Position numbers and translations under genes: made by a program. From a virus (lineage: Duplodnaviria; Caudoviricetes): 34,985 nucleotides of DNA. The notes under the pieces are model-generated. The model was not told the origin of the DNA and did not search any database. It worked only from the letters and a program-made list of their open reading frames with translations. Within the stretch, counting starts at the first letter, position 1. Each line of letters opens with the position of its first letter. The stretch spans positions 1 to 34,985 of the IMG/VR virus record IMGVR_UViG_3300048670_000591. The stretch is one strand, 5' to 3'. This document shows, piece after piece, positions 34,782-34,985 of the stretch.

Positions 34782-34985
34782 ATGACTTTCTCAATACTGG
34801 ACTTCTTGGACTTGCTTGAGCCCTCTAAAGGCGGCAAGTACATCTGTCCAGCATGTGGCGGCAACGACTTCAGCGTTAATAAGGACAACGGTGCCTACAC
34901 CTGTTGGCATGATTCGTCAGCAAGTCATCGTTCTGAAATTCGTAACGTGCTTGCGCCCATGGTCCGATGGGAGAAACCAATGCGT
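34782..34985 (+). CDS. N-terminus of a zinc-finger primase/helicase-like replication protein (3' truncated)
   Basis: Translated by hand: MTFSILDFLDLLEPSKGGKYICPACGGNDFSVNKDNGAYTCWHDSSASHRSEIRNVLAP...; CPAC..C..H Zn-binding pattern; open to the window end. Confidence 0.72.
   Translation, partial: MTFSILDFLDLLEPSKGGKYICPACGGNDFSVNKDNGAYTCWHDSSASHRSEIRNVLAPMVRWEKPMR

Larger units (their letters stand above)
1..34985. mobile_element. Tailed dsDNA phage (siphovirus-like) genome fragment: tail, accessory virion, lysis and DNA metabolism modules; probable cyanophage
   Basis: Tape measure-M-L-K-I-J synteny, dense ATGA/TAATG-coupled ORFs, endolysin, thyX/dcd/SSAP/exonuclease, no host housekeeping operons. 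Free phage versus prophage cannot be determined. Confidence 0.95.

Noticed and set aside
1-34985. Genome-wide TAA stop-codon reassignment, suggested by the TAA inside gpL
   Set aside because: Many genes end properly in TAA with TAATG coupling (6133, 11774, 12334, 14398, 20624, 24127), and long ORFs are intact in the standard code.
1-34985. tRNA genes, att site/integrase, cyanobacterial HIP1 (GCGATCGC) enrichment
   Set aside because: None noticed by eye; intergenic gaps are short. tRNAscan-SE and exact motif counts would be needed to exclude them formally.

Overview
The whole window is a fragment of a tailed dsDNA phage genome (long non-contractile, lambda-like tail). Several gene families suggest a cyanobacterial host, though this is inference. 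Positions 1-6.5 kb (+) hold the end of the tape measure gene and a lambda-type tail tip cassette (gpM, gpL, gpK, gpI, gpJ, then a free-standing FN3-like gene). Positions 6.5-25.5 kb (+) hold a long block of accessory virion/fibre genes: a paralogous pair, LamG/ConA-like domains, a PKD plus 30-repeat LRR-like solenoid, and an embedded YdcF/DUF218 gene. Positions 26-27.5 kb (-) hold a lysis cassette with a C39 peptidase-type endolysin. Positions 27.5-35 kb (mostly -) hold HNH, DUF3310, thyX, dcd, an SSB/exonuclease/Sak3 recombination module, small ORFs, an RHH regulator and the start of a divergent Zn-finger primase-like gene. Main oddities: (i) a strong Ser-Gly bias across unrelated accessory virion proteins, a possible modification sequon; (ii) a gpL with a ~145-aa insert inside its Fe-S cysteine motif and an in-frame TAA just before its conserved LPYGGFPG end; (iii) an inverted relic of a third virion-protein paralog next to a CCGG-rich, apparently recently acquired block; (iv) several short ORFs missed by the 60-aa track. 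No tRNA, rRNA, CRISPR array, integrase or reverse transcriptase was seen. All counts are manual and no database search was run.
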